Shown here piece by piece: positions 1 to 12,438 of a DNA stretch of 64,000 nucleotides (position 1 is its first letter; each line of letters begins with the position of its first letter). Source of the DNA: Klebsormidium nitens (lineage: Eukaryota > Plantae > Klebsormidiophyceae); assembly GCA_000708835.1 (NCBI GenBank), contig DF237258.1, positions 1 through 64,000 of the forward strand, read 5' to 3'. Below the pieces are notes generated by a model. The model worked only from the letters and a program-made list of their open reading frames with translations, was not told the origin of the DNA and ran no database searches. The translations under genes and the position numbers were made by a program.

Positions 1-900
1 AGGTTGCTAGTGCATCAAAGTACCTACCGTAATCGGGCGCTACGAAAGAGCTGCGGGCGGCCGCCCTGCCCGAAACCAATGAACTTGCATGCAAGAGTAT
101 GAGGGGCAAGAGAAGTAGGAACAGGTACACCTCCGATGAAGATCCAAACAGTGCATGCCATCAGAAGCTTATGGTGGCCCTGGCTACGGCGTTGCAAAAG
201 GTGAATCAACCTACTTGTGCGCCCAATGATTTTGGAACCTGTAAAGTACTTTTGGGTAAATCAATTGCCATCAGCCTTCATTACATGGATCTAGGAGGGG
301 GCCGCAGTCACACATACCAGTACATTGTCGATACAACGTGATGGCTTGCGAAATGAGAATGAGCGTCCAAATCAATGGACTCATCGATGTAGCGCGTGCG
401 TGGAAGACAATCTGAACTCACAGTTGCCCGCACAAATAACTCGATCAAGATAGAAGAAGTACGGATATAAGTACCGACTTAGACGTGGGTCAAAACGGTA
501 CTCACCGCTTTTGACAGTCTACATTTACCGTTTTCAACTGAAGCGCACTCCTTTGAAAGACCAGCAAGCTTTGCCTTCAAGTGCTGTTTTCGGTCTATAT
601 TTGAACACACGAGCTTCAACATGTGTTCTCAAACACGCTAATTGGTACATCTTTGAAGACACCAACTCGGAAGAATCCACTCATGTCTATGCCATAGTTG
701 AAAAGTCTGGTAACAAATGTTTGTTATTCCGTCCAAAGCAAGAAATAGTCTGTCCTGCATACAAAGAATGTTTGTCCTAAAGGTGCCCTTTCGCGCCACG
801 ACCATAACCGTCCACGAAATCGCAACCTACTTTTCCTAAGCGAATGGGCGACAGTGAATCGTTACAGTACGTCTGGAAGGCACCAGCGCCGTCGGTGCCT

Positions 901-3900
901 CTACCAGACATCCCGGTGGTACCGCCCTTCACTCTGCAGCTGCTTCACGAATTCCTCGGCCTCCGTCCCTCCGCAGCACTCTTGCTGCTGCACAATCTGG
1001 TGCAGCGCACGGTGCACGTCCTTCGCCATGTGCTTGGCATCCCCGCACACGTACAGCACACCGTTCGCTCCCCCCTTTTTGGAAGAAGCCAGAACGTTCC
1101 ACACTGAAGTCGCCTGAACAGCGAAACGAGCAGATGCTCAGAAATGATTCAACTGCACTGCACATTCAAGCACCCATCCCACTGGGTCCGACAGGCAACG
1201 ACAACCCAGCAGGGTGGCTGCACGCCAAGGAGAGAAGCGAATACCTGACCATGCAGGCACAACATCATGTGCTAATCCGATGATCCGCAACAAGATGGTC
1301 TCTTTCCACTCTGCGCTCTTGCAACGACACAACGACGGGAACTGTCCCTCTTCGCCCACACCAATGCTTCAGGGACATTCCCAAGGCCAATCTTCGAGAC
1401 ACTCCAGGTTTCTGGTCCCGCCAGAGCCATCGCGCCGTGCCGGTCTCACCTGCTGTTGCATGAGGTGCTGGACGTAGACCTTGGTCGGACCCTCGCGAGA
1501 TACTGCGACGTGGAGGCCGTTCAGGGCACCACTGGCAACAAATGCGTCCAATTCCTCTTTATACAAGTAGTCCTGTGAAAGTGAAAGACATGGGTGAGAA
1601 TCATCGTAGGTCCCCATGCACGAGTAAAGGAGCCCTTTGACTTCGGTTCTAGAAGACACTGGGCTGATCAGACAAAACCATGGCAGACATGAGAACAAGA
1701 GTGGCCTGACGACAAACGCGCACTGCCTGCGCTTCTTTCCTCTTGGAAGCGTTCTTGTTGGTGTCTTTCGATACTCGTATCCAGTGCGTACAAATGCAAG
1801 ATCGAACTTGACATGGCGTTCAAGATTCTGCGACCAACGCACTCGAACCGTGCTCGCAACCATGTGCGCTCACCTTGTCCCGGTGTCGGCAGCCATAGAA
1901 GAGCAGGGCAGGCCCCAGCTTCTCCCCCTTTTGTATCCGCGCGTGCCGCTCTTGCAAGAAGCCTCGGAAGGGCGCCAGGCCAGTGCCAGGCCCCACCATG
2001 ACGACCGGGGTGAGGGGGTCGCGCGGCAGCTTGAAGCTGGAGGAGCGCACGAAGATGGGAGCCCAGCTGGCGTGACCGGGCCCTGGCAGGACGGAGGACA
2101 GGGAGGGGATGGCGCGCTGCACCGCAAGGGAAGGCTATCAGAAGGGCTGACCCGGCAGCAGGTGTAGTGCGATATGCAGCCGAGTGAAACGCAGCCAAAA
2201 GTAAAGTGAAAGCCGAGCAAGAGGGGACAGAACGAGAAAACCTGGCAACGGCGATGATTATGAGAGCCCCATACGCACAGATTGTGGGGGAACACGGAAG
2301 AAGAAATGGCAAGATACATGTTGCTACTATGAAGGCTACAAAATCTTCTTCATTGAGACACGCCCTGTATGTGTCCTGACCCACAGCACAGTCTGGCTGC
2401 TTGTGCCAGTTCGATGTTTCAGTGATTGGTCAACGAATTAAACGACCCTCGAAGTTGGGGGGGCCACAGCAGGGGTCAGTGCTGTGGGTTGCGGGCCTCA
2501 CCTTCATCCAGGAGGAAGCGACCCCGTGGTGGACACGACCTGTGGGGGTGGGCTCCTGCACGACTGCACACGTGACGTGGATGCGCGAGGGGTGCAGCGC
2601 GGGGGAGGACGAGATGGAGTAGTAGCGTGGCTGCAGGCGGGGGGCTACCGCCGCAAAGAAGACGCCCAGCGGGGGTCGCGCCGAGGGGAACGCAGCCAGG
2701 ACCTCCAGCAGGCTGCGCTGTGCGGCCACCACCCACTCTGCATACTCGTCCTGCAAAACAGGGGGCGCATGCCTTGTTTAAACCCATGGCTCCTTGACTG
2801 GCTTTCAACAATGGAGTCTGTGACAAGGCCTTTGCTCAACGCAGTCCTCACTTGCTTAACCATGTTGACCCTTCTGACACCAGGTCAAAGACGCCACATC
2901 AAGACAGCGATTCTGTGCGATCTCTGCGCCAACTATGACACCGGCGCAATTCTAGCACACAATTGGTAAATGATGCAATATCGCATTTGATTGATTGATC
3001 AGTACCATCAACAGGCTCGCCCCGTACAGAATCCGCCTATGAAGCGGCTTGCCCCAGGCCCTGCTCTATATCCCCCCCCGACTAGCTGCTTGCCTCACCT
3101 TGCCCCGTGGGCCTGCCAGGTGGCGGAGCCGCTCCGCCTCCTGCGCGCTGGCGGCGTGCTCTGCCAGCGCCAGGAGCGCCGCCTTCTTGGGCGAGCTCAG
3201 GAGGTCCGTGTAGCGGGCCAGCGCCACGCGCACACTGATGGGGCACGGGAATGGTTCGGGCAAGCTGGCATGATGCCCCGCATCCGACTCCAGCGAGAAC
3301 ACGGTATCCAGCGCTACCCCCAGCAGCTGCGCCGCCTCACCCACCACTTCATCGCTGTTCTCGGCAAACACGCCCACGTGATCCCCCGCCTCGTAGGAAA
3401 GGGCCCGGCCTGGCACCTCAAATTCCAGGTGCACACACGAGCGATCCGAACCTGCAGCGTGCAGCTCACGCTGCAGGGCGACCACGCCTCGCACAGGCTT
3501 GTGGATGTCGTGGCCCGCCCCAGGAATAGCCGCCAGCTCTGGCTCGGCGGCGGGGGTTGCTTCGTCAGCGGAGTGTATCCGGACACGGTACTCAGGAATC
3601 CCAGCATTGTAAGGGACCGCACTGGTCGACAGATCTTGATCCGAGGAGGAGAGCAGCGGGTCAAGGGCTGGCCAGAGGCTCTCCTTCCTGCAGAATCAAC
3701 TGATGGTCGTAAGGAAAGTTCAAATGTCAAATCTGTAAGCTTCAAACTGACCCTCTGAGGTCGTTGTCCACAGAATCCATAGTCCAGTCCACACAAGCAG
3801 AGCGGAGAAAGTTTTGATGTTTGTCAAGGACAACCCTGATCGTCTTTAAGCTTGTAAAGCAGCAAAAGCAGCAACTATGTCAATCACACCTCAAGAGTTG

Positions 3901-4589
3901 ATCGGCGTCTAGGCCCTGTTTTTTACTCACCACGCCGCGAAGTCGTCCTCAATGCAGGCATCATCATCCCCAAAGCCTGTCCTGAGGATTCTGATGGCCC
4001 CCAGGCTGGCCATGACCTTATCCAACTGCTTGGCAACGCTGTTGAAGTTCTCATACTGCCGGTTGCCCAGCCCAAAGATGCCATACTGCACCTTGGCCAA
4101 CAACTCCCTGCTTGCGTCCTCCTCTCCTTCACTGAGCTCTGCAATCCACTTCATGAAACGGGCTGCGTTATCAGTGGGCTCCCCGTCCCCATATGTAGCT
4201 GTGAAGAAGAGTGCGTGCGCTTCTCGCGGCAGCTTGTCTGCATACTCGTCATCATCCGCCGCGTACTCATCCAGATCTATCACATCCACAGCCACGGCAT
4301 CCCCATACCGCGCCCGCGCCTCCTCAGCCACTGCCTTGGCAAAGCCTTCAGCGGTGCCCGTCTGCGTCCCAAAGAAGACCGCCAGCCGCTTGCGGTGGTC
4401 CTCTTCCTCCGGCTGCGCCGCTGCAATCCGCTCAACTTTGACCACCTTGGGCACTGCTTGGCCCGCTGGCTTGCGCCGCAGCCACAGCAGCGTCACTGAC
4501 ACCACAATCAGCAGCAGCGAGCCCAGGCCCAGCGCGGGCAGAGATCCAGAGGCAGGCGCAGCGGAGGCTGCACTGGCATCGACCCCCAT
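901..4589 (-). CDS. CPR: NADPH-cytochrome P450 reductase (multi-exon; span includes introns)
   Basis: N-terminal membrane anchor ([18 protein letters not shown]), FMN domain ([40 protein letters not shown]), FAD/NADPH domain ([40 protein letters not shown]) and canonical C-terminus [11 protein letters not shown] at 4589 in frame with ORF 3927..4664; GT-AG introns link the ORF fragments. Confidence 0.96.
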
Positions 4590-4668
4590 GACTGCCGGCC
4601 TTGTGCTGCCCCTCCGAAGCCCGTCACTACACGTTCTGATGCCAGTTATGGGAGTGATGCTCACCTAA

Positions 4669-5194
4669 GGGTAGAGTCATTTTGTAAGTGGTACCCCCCC
4701 ATAATTCTATGGGGGTGGAGGGCCCTGGACCGAGATGCAGAACCAGGGTCGGAGGGGGGGGGGGGCCAGCACAGTTTTTGAGAGTGAGGGTCCCTGGGGG
4801 GTACCACCTAGGACCCCAAGAGGCCAGGACTTCAGTCTCTAAAGTTCCCATTTAGCCCCTTATAAACAGACTTTGTTCACATATCTTGATCATATTCGTA
4901 CGAAGTCTGTCCCAAAATGGGCCGAATATGCTGAAAAGCGACTCTGCGAGGCTCTACAGCGTGCACGAACTTAGCGAAATATGCGGCTTTTTCAAAAAAA
5001 TCCCTACGAAAGCCCTTGCAAAAACCTGCGTCCACTTTTGGCCGGACGACCCGCTTATGCCGCCGGGTGGAAGGGGGGGGGGGGCTTGGGACCCCTCGGC
5101 GAAGCCGAGGCCCCCCTGGGCCTTAAGAAAGCACCCCCTTGAAAAATGGTCGATAGAATTATGGGGGGGTACCAGTTACAAAATGACGGTACCC
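4669..5194. mobile_element. PIF/Harbinger (Tourist-like) MITE, 526 bp
   Basis: 42-bp terminal inverted repeats at 4669-4710 (GGGTAGAGTCATTTTGTAAGTGGTACCCCCCCATAATTCTAT) and 5153-5194, 39/42 identical. TAA target-site duplication at 4666-4668 and 5195-5197. No coding capacity. Confidence 0.88.
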
Positions 5195-6580
5195 TAATAC
5201 GTTAGGTCACCTCCTTCCTCAGGTCACCATGATGCATTGACGGTCGAAGAGTTCTGTTTCTGAACACGTCTGCTGCACTTATAAGTCATACGTGACATTG
5301 TAGTAATAGGCTATCAAAGTTGACCAAGGAAGTTGTTAGCGCTAAACTAGGCGTGCCGGGGGCTCTTGGGCCCCCGGATGCTTTGTAGTGCAGTAGTGTC
5401 AACCGAGGCAATTCCCGCATCTAGGTACCCACACTTCCAATCGGTCACCGACTGTCGAACCGGGTGCAAACGACCTCAACGTGCACGGCGGCGCCACTGC
5501 ACGCTCAACTTGACTGCTTGACACCAGTTGTAATATCGGTGCGAGCTCGGCGAACAGGCCTCCAGGCGTGCGTTTCTGCACCGAACGCGTTGCTCATACG
5601 GTAGTCTCACTTTCAATACAGCTTCTCCCGATCAACCGGCCAGTTATAGTATTCAAGACTAACTTAGTCAGTCTGTTGTCGAGTGAAATTAGTCTAAAAT
5701 AGATGACACTAAAACTGGCCGGTTGATCGGGAGAAGCTGTAAAACGCTGCTGTGCTGGGATATTGACACAAAAACAATAAAATTGGTGCGACCACTCACA
5801 GTGCTGCCTGCGAATCACTACCGAAAACCCGGAGGAAGTGCCAACCAATTCAGACTGCAGCTCGGCGCGGAGCCTTGACACCATATCATAGTCTGCCTCG
5901 GTCCTTGTCATTAACACCAACCCAGCTGCAATGTACATGTGGAGTCTGAAACCTCGGTGACGGCGTTAAGCTTACGTCACTCGACCAATCAGATCGCCGG
6001 GATGGGTCCTGAAGACTCTGTAAGAGCCCCCTAACCAATTAGGAGGCGTGGAGCGGTACGGGTACCGGGAGGGGCCCAGGGCTTGGACAGGTTAATGTTC
6101 AACCCAAAACATGAGTACCCGAACCCGTCCGATTGGATTCTTCAAAACCCCAACATTTCGGTATCTGTTTACGAGAAAACCAACCCGGCAGACCCGGGTC
6201 CTTCCTCCGATCCCTATTAAGATCCTCGCTCTACTTTTACAATTAGGCAAGAGCAGAAGTCAAACCCGGGTTCGGAGTCATGGGGGACCATCCACGATTC
6301 CGGCCAGAGTTCGAACTCCACCATGATGGCCCCTGGGACCAAAAGTTCTGCCAGACTCGAGCGCTTGCCAGCGTCCCTGCATGAACGAATGCAGTCTGAC
6401 TCTCAGCTGTTTTCTCCGGAAAACCCCTGATTGATTCGTGCGGCTCTTTTCAACAGAGGCAGTTGGCGCACTTTCTGCTTGTGTTCCTTGGCTGCACCGC
6501 AGCGGGAGAATTTCTCCTTGAAGGGTGGTGGGAACGCCAATTGTCCAATTTCCGGCTGTGAAAGTCTTTCTAGAACAACG

Positions 6581-9500
6581 ATGGCAGCAGAGGAGGGGAC
6601 AGATATGGAGGCTATCCTTGATTTGACGGGAAGCCAGCTGCGCAGCTGGGAGGACATTCTGTTGACGCCCCACCTCACGGTGAGGCAACCACCAGGGAAT
6701 GTAAAAAGTCCTCTAAGATCACGTGGTGGTCCTGGTGGTATGCGTGTTTGCAACAATTGTGGAGCAATGCTGAGGTGTGCGAGAGGTTGCCCTCATGGAT
6801 TGATCAAGGGTTGCCTTTGCTTTTGCCGTTGGGTAAATTGGCAGGACCCTTGCCTTCGTACATTGCCTTCGACCATGTGCACCACTCAGTGCGGCCATGT
6901 CCTGCGGTTCACTGGGGCTGTTCTGATTGTCCACGCAGGAGTTGGACCTAACCACCAACCGGCTTACAACCATCGACCCTGCAATTGGCACATTGACCAG
7001 TAAGCCCACCATATGCTGCGCCCATCACTGCTTCTATGTCTCTGCATGCATGCCCGTGCGCTTGCTGCCTTGCCCATGTCTGGATGTGTCTGCGGCTCTA
7101 ACTTCGTTGTGTGTATGGTTGCAGGCCTTCGCAAGCTGTCTCTGCGCCAGAACCTGCTGACCACAGAAGCGGTGGCGCCCTTGGGCCAGTACACCGCACT
7201 GCACAACTTGACCGAGCTGGTCCTCCATGACAACAAGATCACACAGGTGGACACCTGGCCATTTGCACACCTGGGCATTTGCACACCTGGCCAGGCAGTG
7301 TCCAAGGGGCACCTCCAATTGTTGCTCGAGACCTGATGAAGACACTACTAACAATCCTCCTTGTCTGCTATCTTGTATCCAGCTTTTACATTTCATTGGG
7401 AATAAGGTGGTCTTAGCTACTTCTGACAGTGCCTTCCTCATGCCGCAGTTGCCCGACTTGCGCCACTTTACGGCGCTAACCAGCCTGGATGTCTCTTTCA
7501 ATGAGGTGACTTCTTACGATAACAATCGCCCCCTACTTCAATGTTGTACCAGACCACTCCTTCCGCTCGTTGATATCAGGCCTTGTTCGCACTGCAGTCT
7601 CTATGTTCACCCCAACAGCATTGAAATGTTGCCGCATCTTTTCTGGTGCTTCTCTCACCTTGGCTGATTGCTCAATGTGTGCTTGCAGTTGAGTGAGCTT
7701 GCTGGAGTTGAGCATCTGCCCTCATCGTTGAAACAGCTCTACTTTGCCAAAAACGAGGTGAGCCGGACTGTGGTTTCTGCAAAAGTTTCGACTCAAAAGT
7801 TTTGATTCACCACAATTGGACGACAATTATAGAAACAGGAAATTTGAGCCCTTCTGATGCTGTTGCCAGACATGGAGTAGTGCCCTCGTTTCTTCTTCCC
7901 ACCCTCTCAATCACGTGTTCCCACCCTCTCTGCTTTGTGACGCGCAACATGGCAGGAATGACTTGACACGAGGTTGTATATCCATTTGCCAGATCGGTAC
8001 CCTCCCCTCGCTTTCACACCTCTCCCACCTCGAGATCCTGGAGCTGGGGTCCAACAAGATCAAGGTCAGCCCCACGGCCCTATCCCCCCTTGCTTTTGCA
8101 TCTAGTCACAGCAGTTCTCAAGTGAGACCCGTGTGCTTTGAGATAGATTCTGGACACAGGCACTGGGCGTCTGGGAGGCGAGAGCGCTTAGGCTGTGGCT
8201 AGTGGTACAGGTGATGAGCGGGCTGGGCGGTTTGCCGGCGCTCCGAGAGCTGTGGTTGGGGCGCAACAAGATCCGCGAGATCGACCTGGGCGGCCTGACA
8301 GGCCTGGTGCGACTCAGCCTGCAGAGCAACCGCCTCACCCACATTGCGGGTTTGGAGGTGAGGGCAACTCAACGCAAAATTTCCCCAGCATGAGTGGTCG
8401 TAAATGTTTTTGGTAAGGAGGAGTCGGTACTCATGTCGATGTCAATTGAGTCTGGCCTGCCTGCTTCAACACTTTGTTGAAGCTCTCTATCACAGACGTG
8501 ATTCTGGAGGTGAAGCCCAAAGAGATGTTCCCAATCATGCGTCTAAATCGGGAGAGAGGCAGCGCAGAGTGCCGAGAAGCACGGAGAAACAGTTGCAGAG
8601 CTTACTTCAACATGAAAAGTTGCGTCCGTGATCACAAACAGTCCCTTATACCCAACCGAAAACTTAGGCTTGTTATTTTACTGCGAGCCATTGCCATCTA
8701 TGTATGTAGTGTGGCTGTCTCAAGAGCGAGAGCAGATAGGAACGCGAATCCTGCTCATTGTCCATCGAACGAGTTCTGCTGGCTGTGCAGCCTACTAGTA
8801 GAAATTCTGGACCCCTGAAAGCACAACCGACTTGCATTTAGATTCTTGTCAGTACTTTGGTGATATAATTGACGACCCGATGTTCGTCTTGGAGACCACT
8901 AGCTTCCTTGGTACGAACACAATACAACAGTCCGTGCTTAATCACGGCCGATAGAAGTCAGATCGAACTTGCTTACTCCCATCCCCCGTTGAGAAAGGGT
9001 GAGGCTATCCAGCCTGCGTGATCCCCGATCTCGTGCAGGGCTGCGCAGGCCTGGAGGAACTGTACCTCTCCCACAACGGCATCAACACTCTCGAGGTCAG
9101 CTTCCCTTGTCCCCGTCAACTCCTTCCCTCCATCTATGACCGAAAGCTGCATGCTCGTCATCGTGCCAGCTTCGGTTGGTGCCTGCGCCTCGCCCCCTTG
9201 CGTAAGACACCTTACTGTGCCATGCCATTTACCCTGCAATTTAGCAGTGCTCAGTCGACATGCGGTGTGCGTGCAGGGTCTGGACGGGCTGGCCCGCCTG
9301 CGGATCCTTGACGTGAGCGCCAACAGGGTGGACCGAGTGCAGGGACTCGAACATCTCACCAGGTACGCCCCGGGCCTTTGTTTGCAGCTGGCGGTGCAGC
9401 TTTGTGTGGCGAAGATGCTGCCATGCGCAGTGGTCGTCATGGATCACAAGCTTAAGGGACTTTGCACGAGAGACGTTTTTGACAACGCCTTCGAATCGAA

Positions 9501-10411
9501 GCGGGTGCGACCACTTTAGTGAAACCTCGTAAGATTGTGCAGGGTCAATGTCCGTTTGATCCCGAACCCGAACTAATTGTTCATGCCTGTTGCGATGCCT
9601 GTTGCGATTCTTCAGACAGACTGAAAGTCACCCCGCTTCGCTGGCGGGTCAGTATGAAAGAGATTGCGCAGTGTCAATCCGACTGCAAAACTGGCCATCT
9701 CAACCGTTAGTCTCGGTTCAGTCAGTCCTTCGGGCGTTTTTGCCACACACTTCGCAGCATCTTGCTGAGAAAGATTATGTTCGTTTTGTCGTTTTACTTG
9801 GTTCTGAAGCCCTGAAGAACCGAGAACGTACCCAAACAAAAATCGACACAAGATCTGTACTGCAACCTCCAGGTTGGAGGACCTGTGGCTGAACGACAAC
9901 CAGATCCCAAGCCTAGCCGGCCTGGGCGTAGCGCTCGTCGGGTGCACCGGCACGCTGACCACGCTCTACCTCGAGAACAACCCAGCGGTGAGCACGCAGA
10001 CGGATTGAAGAGCCACTTCTGCCATGCATCTTGTCGGCATTCCCCCTCTTGCATCACACGCTCTTTTACGAACGACCATTAGGTCGACTTTGCGCCTTCC
10101 AAACGCGTGTGCCGCCTGGTAGTCCGGCCTGCTCGTTTGGAGCGGCCGCCGAGCTTGGTCGCCCTCGACCCAAAAGGGCGTTGAGAAAGGCTGCTAAGAG
10201 TTACCCTTTTCTTGTCATGGCACTGGTAAGGACCACGATTATGCCGGCGAAATCTTTGTCAAGACGTTGATGACAACGTTGAGAAGCTTTGCAGATGCTT
10301 TTGTGTGTGCTGACGTAGCAGTATCTGGTGCAGGCGAAGGACCCGCAGTACGTACTGAAGCTGCGGGAGCAGCTGCCCAACCTGCGTCAGCTGGATGCAA
10401 TCATGCTGTAA
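6581..10411 (+). CDS. SDS22: Protein phosphatase 1 regulatory subunit SDS22/PPP1R7-like LRR protein (multi-exon)
   Basis: Successive exons encode SDS22-type LRRs: LDLTTNRL, LRKLSLRQNLL, LTELVLHDNKI, LTSLDVSFNE, LEILELGSNKI, LRELWLGRNKI, LVRLSLQSNRL, LEELYLSHNGI, LRILDVSANRV, LEDLWLNDNQI, LTTLYLENNP. These end in the LRR cap YVLKLREQLPNLRQLDA and TAA at 10409-10411. Confidence 0.92.
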
Positions 10412-12438
10412 CTGGAACCCGGGGGAGGAGGTGGTCCACATGGCAGCGGCTGTGGACTCAGCCACCACTGATTTACGGCGCTCTCGATGCACGCGTGCTT
10501 GCTATGGGCTAGAGATCCTTAATCTTGTCAAACCGTTGAAGATTCGAGCTGCTAATTCGATATCGGCGCATGCCAATGATTGAGCATTTGATCCGATGTC
10601 CTCGCAGATTCGGCTTTTGATCTGCCTGCGTCGTAGTCATTTGCGAATTCGCCCAGGACAGGCTTCTACTCAAAATCGTCAATGAGTAGCGAATTGCTTC
10701 TCTGTATCCTCTGATACGCTCCGAAGCAGCAGCCTGGCAGACACGCACTCGATTGCCAGGAGGTACATTGAACTGGGATCAAGCTCGCACTATTTGACCG
10801 CAGAAGATGCAGTTATAGGCACGATTTAGATCACGATGAACGTTGTGGAGGTACTAGTCGAATCATGGACCTTGAATTAAGTAAAGAGGCAACCCCAGCC
10901 TTCATGCGGTACGTCACTGGCTGCAAGCTTGACCATATGTCGCGCAGAAGTTGACCGAAGTCCCTATTTGAAATTTCAGAGCGGTTTAACTAGGCCGACT
11001 GTTAGACATATGCGTGATGCGTGATTATCTCCAAAGCCCGGAGTGGAGCCTCCAACGGGGCTGCTCACAAGCCCAAAGATGCAGCAGGTGTGTCAAGTGG
11101 ATACAGTACGATCAATTTGACTGCGCGGCTTTCAATTTTGATGCACATGTAGGGTCCGCGACCAGCCATACTGCCTGGCAACTTGCAAACCTATCCAAGC
11201 GTTACGCAAGCTTTTATGGTCTTAACTGCTTAGAAAGAGTCACGTGCATAAGCTGACCTCTTTCAAAAAAGGGCCGATCCCTGCCTCTCGACTAGCTCTA
11301 GTTGGCCCGCCAATGATTTGTGTCCCCGATCGCAATCACGTTCATGGACAGCCGGTGAGTCTGTCAAGGGCGGAGAACGTCAAGACCCCTTGATCACACT
11401 ACGCGCGCTACGTGACATGTACCAACGTCAACCGGATTTCCCACGAAAGATTGACATGGTGGCCTACTATACACTTACTGTAGATCGTAAGAATGGAAAG
11501 CTCCGGTCCCATTCAAAAAAGTTGGACACTCAGCCTGCGAACACTAGGTTTACCCACTTATCAGCTGTACCGCAATGATTTCAAAGATGATGTACTCCGA
11601 ATTAAGATAACGAGGATATGAAAATCGAGACCGCTGCATCCATGTCAATGAAGAGCAGGACGATGGGATTCAAGAACAAGGACGCCGCGCATTCGCAGAA
11701 GCTAGACTGAAATCATGGGTAGCCGTCTGTGCAACGGCAAGGGCTTCCCTCTTCCCTTCGTTATGATTTGGTGCAACCAACGATTGTCGTTTCTGAAGCG
11801 GCTCTACCATTTCGAGCGGTGTCGATGTGGTTTGTCATCAGGCCCAGCAGGCGGCCTAGCTGGCCCAGGATAAGGCCTGACCGTATAAAGTGCGCTCACA
11901 AAGTACACTTGACATTAGAGATAAGACAGCCGACCGAGCCAACACGAACTAGCGATGTCGCAGACTGCAACATGCGCGAACTTCGACACTAGGAGAAGCA
12001 CCATGCAGGCAAGATGTTTGCTTTGTAAGGTGTTGACCGCGCCACAAGTACTAGTCGACAAGGAGTCTCGCGCCGCATGGGACCGGCTTACCGTACGTCG
12101 TATCGTCGAGGGCTGCCAATTGCGAGCACCTCGAGCAGGTCGAATGGCGGGCCCGCGCCGCGACGACGTACAGCGCGGGAGATACCAATCACTACAGTTT
12201 GCCTCTTGCCAATATAGGGAATCGCTCCAAGCGATGCTGCATGAATCGAGGGTTTCCGCCGCGCAACCACCCTTGTGGATTGGAATGGAGGACTCCAGCT
12301 GCAAACACTAGCAGGAATCTCTGAGCAGCTCACGGTGATTTGTTGTTCTCCTAAAACTTTGAACGGCTTCAGCGCATGCAGGTCTAGCTACATCTGAAAG
12401 CATATCGTATTCTTTTCAAGAGCACCAGAAGGCGCAAC

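Noticed and set aside
1-800. Short ORFs 24..209, 99..341 and 511..780
   Set aside because: No recognisable motif. One exon-like stretch ends at a GT near 201 but is preceded by a stop, so no gene call is supportable.
844-4668. Long antisense and alternative-frame ORFs over CPR (and likewise over AK, F-box, RLK and DEG9)
   Set aside because: Shadow ORFs caused by GC-rich codon usage of the real genes.
5356-5378. Hairpin CCGGGGGC-N-GCCCCCGG
   Set aside because: An 8-bp stem is unremarkable in GC-rich DNA and there is no supporting context.
5594-5938. 114-aa minus-strand ORF between CPR and SDS22
   Set aside because: No motif, splice structure or GC3 bias.
6030-6300. Region rich in ACCCG/CGGGT motifs, resembling a transposon subterminus
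   Set aside because: I found no TIR pair or TSD.
10500-12400. Protein-like fragments on both strands (possible further relics)
   Set aside because: No consistent exon chain or family could be established.
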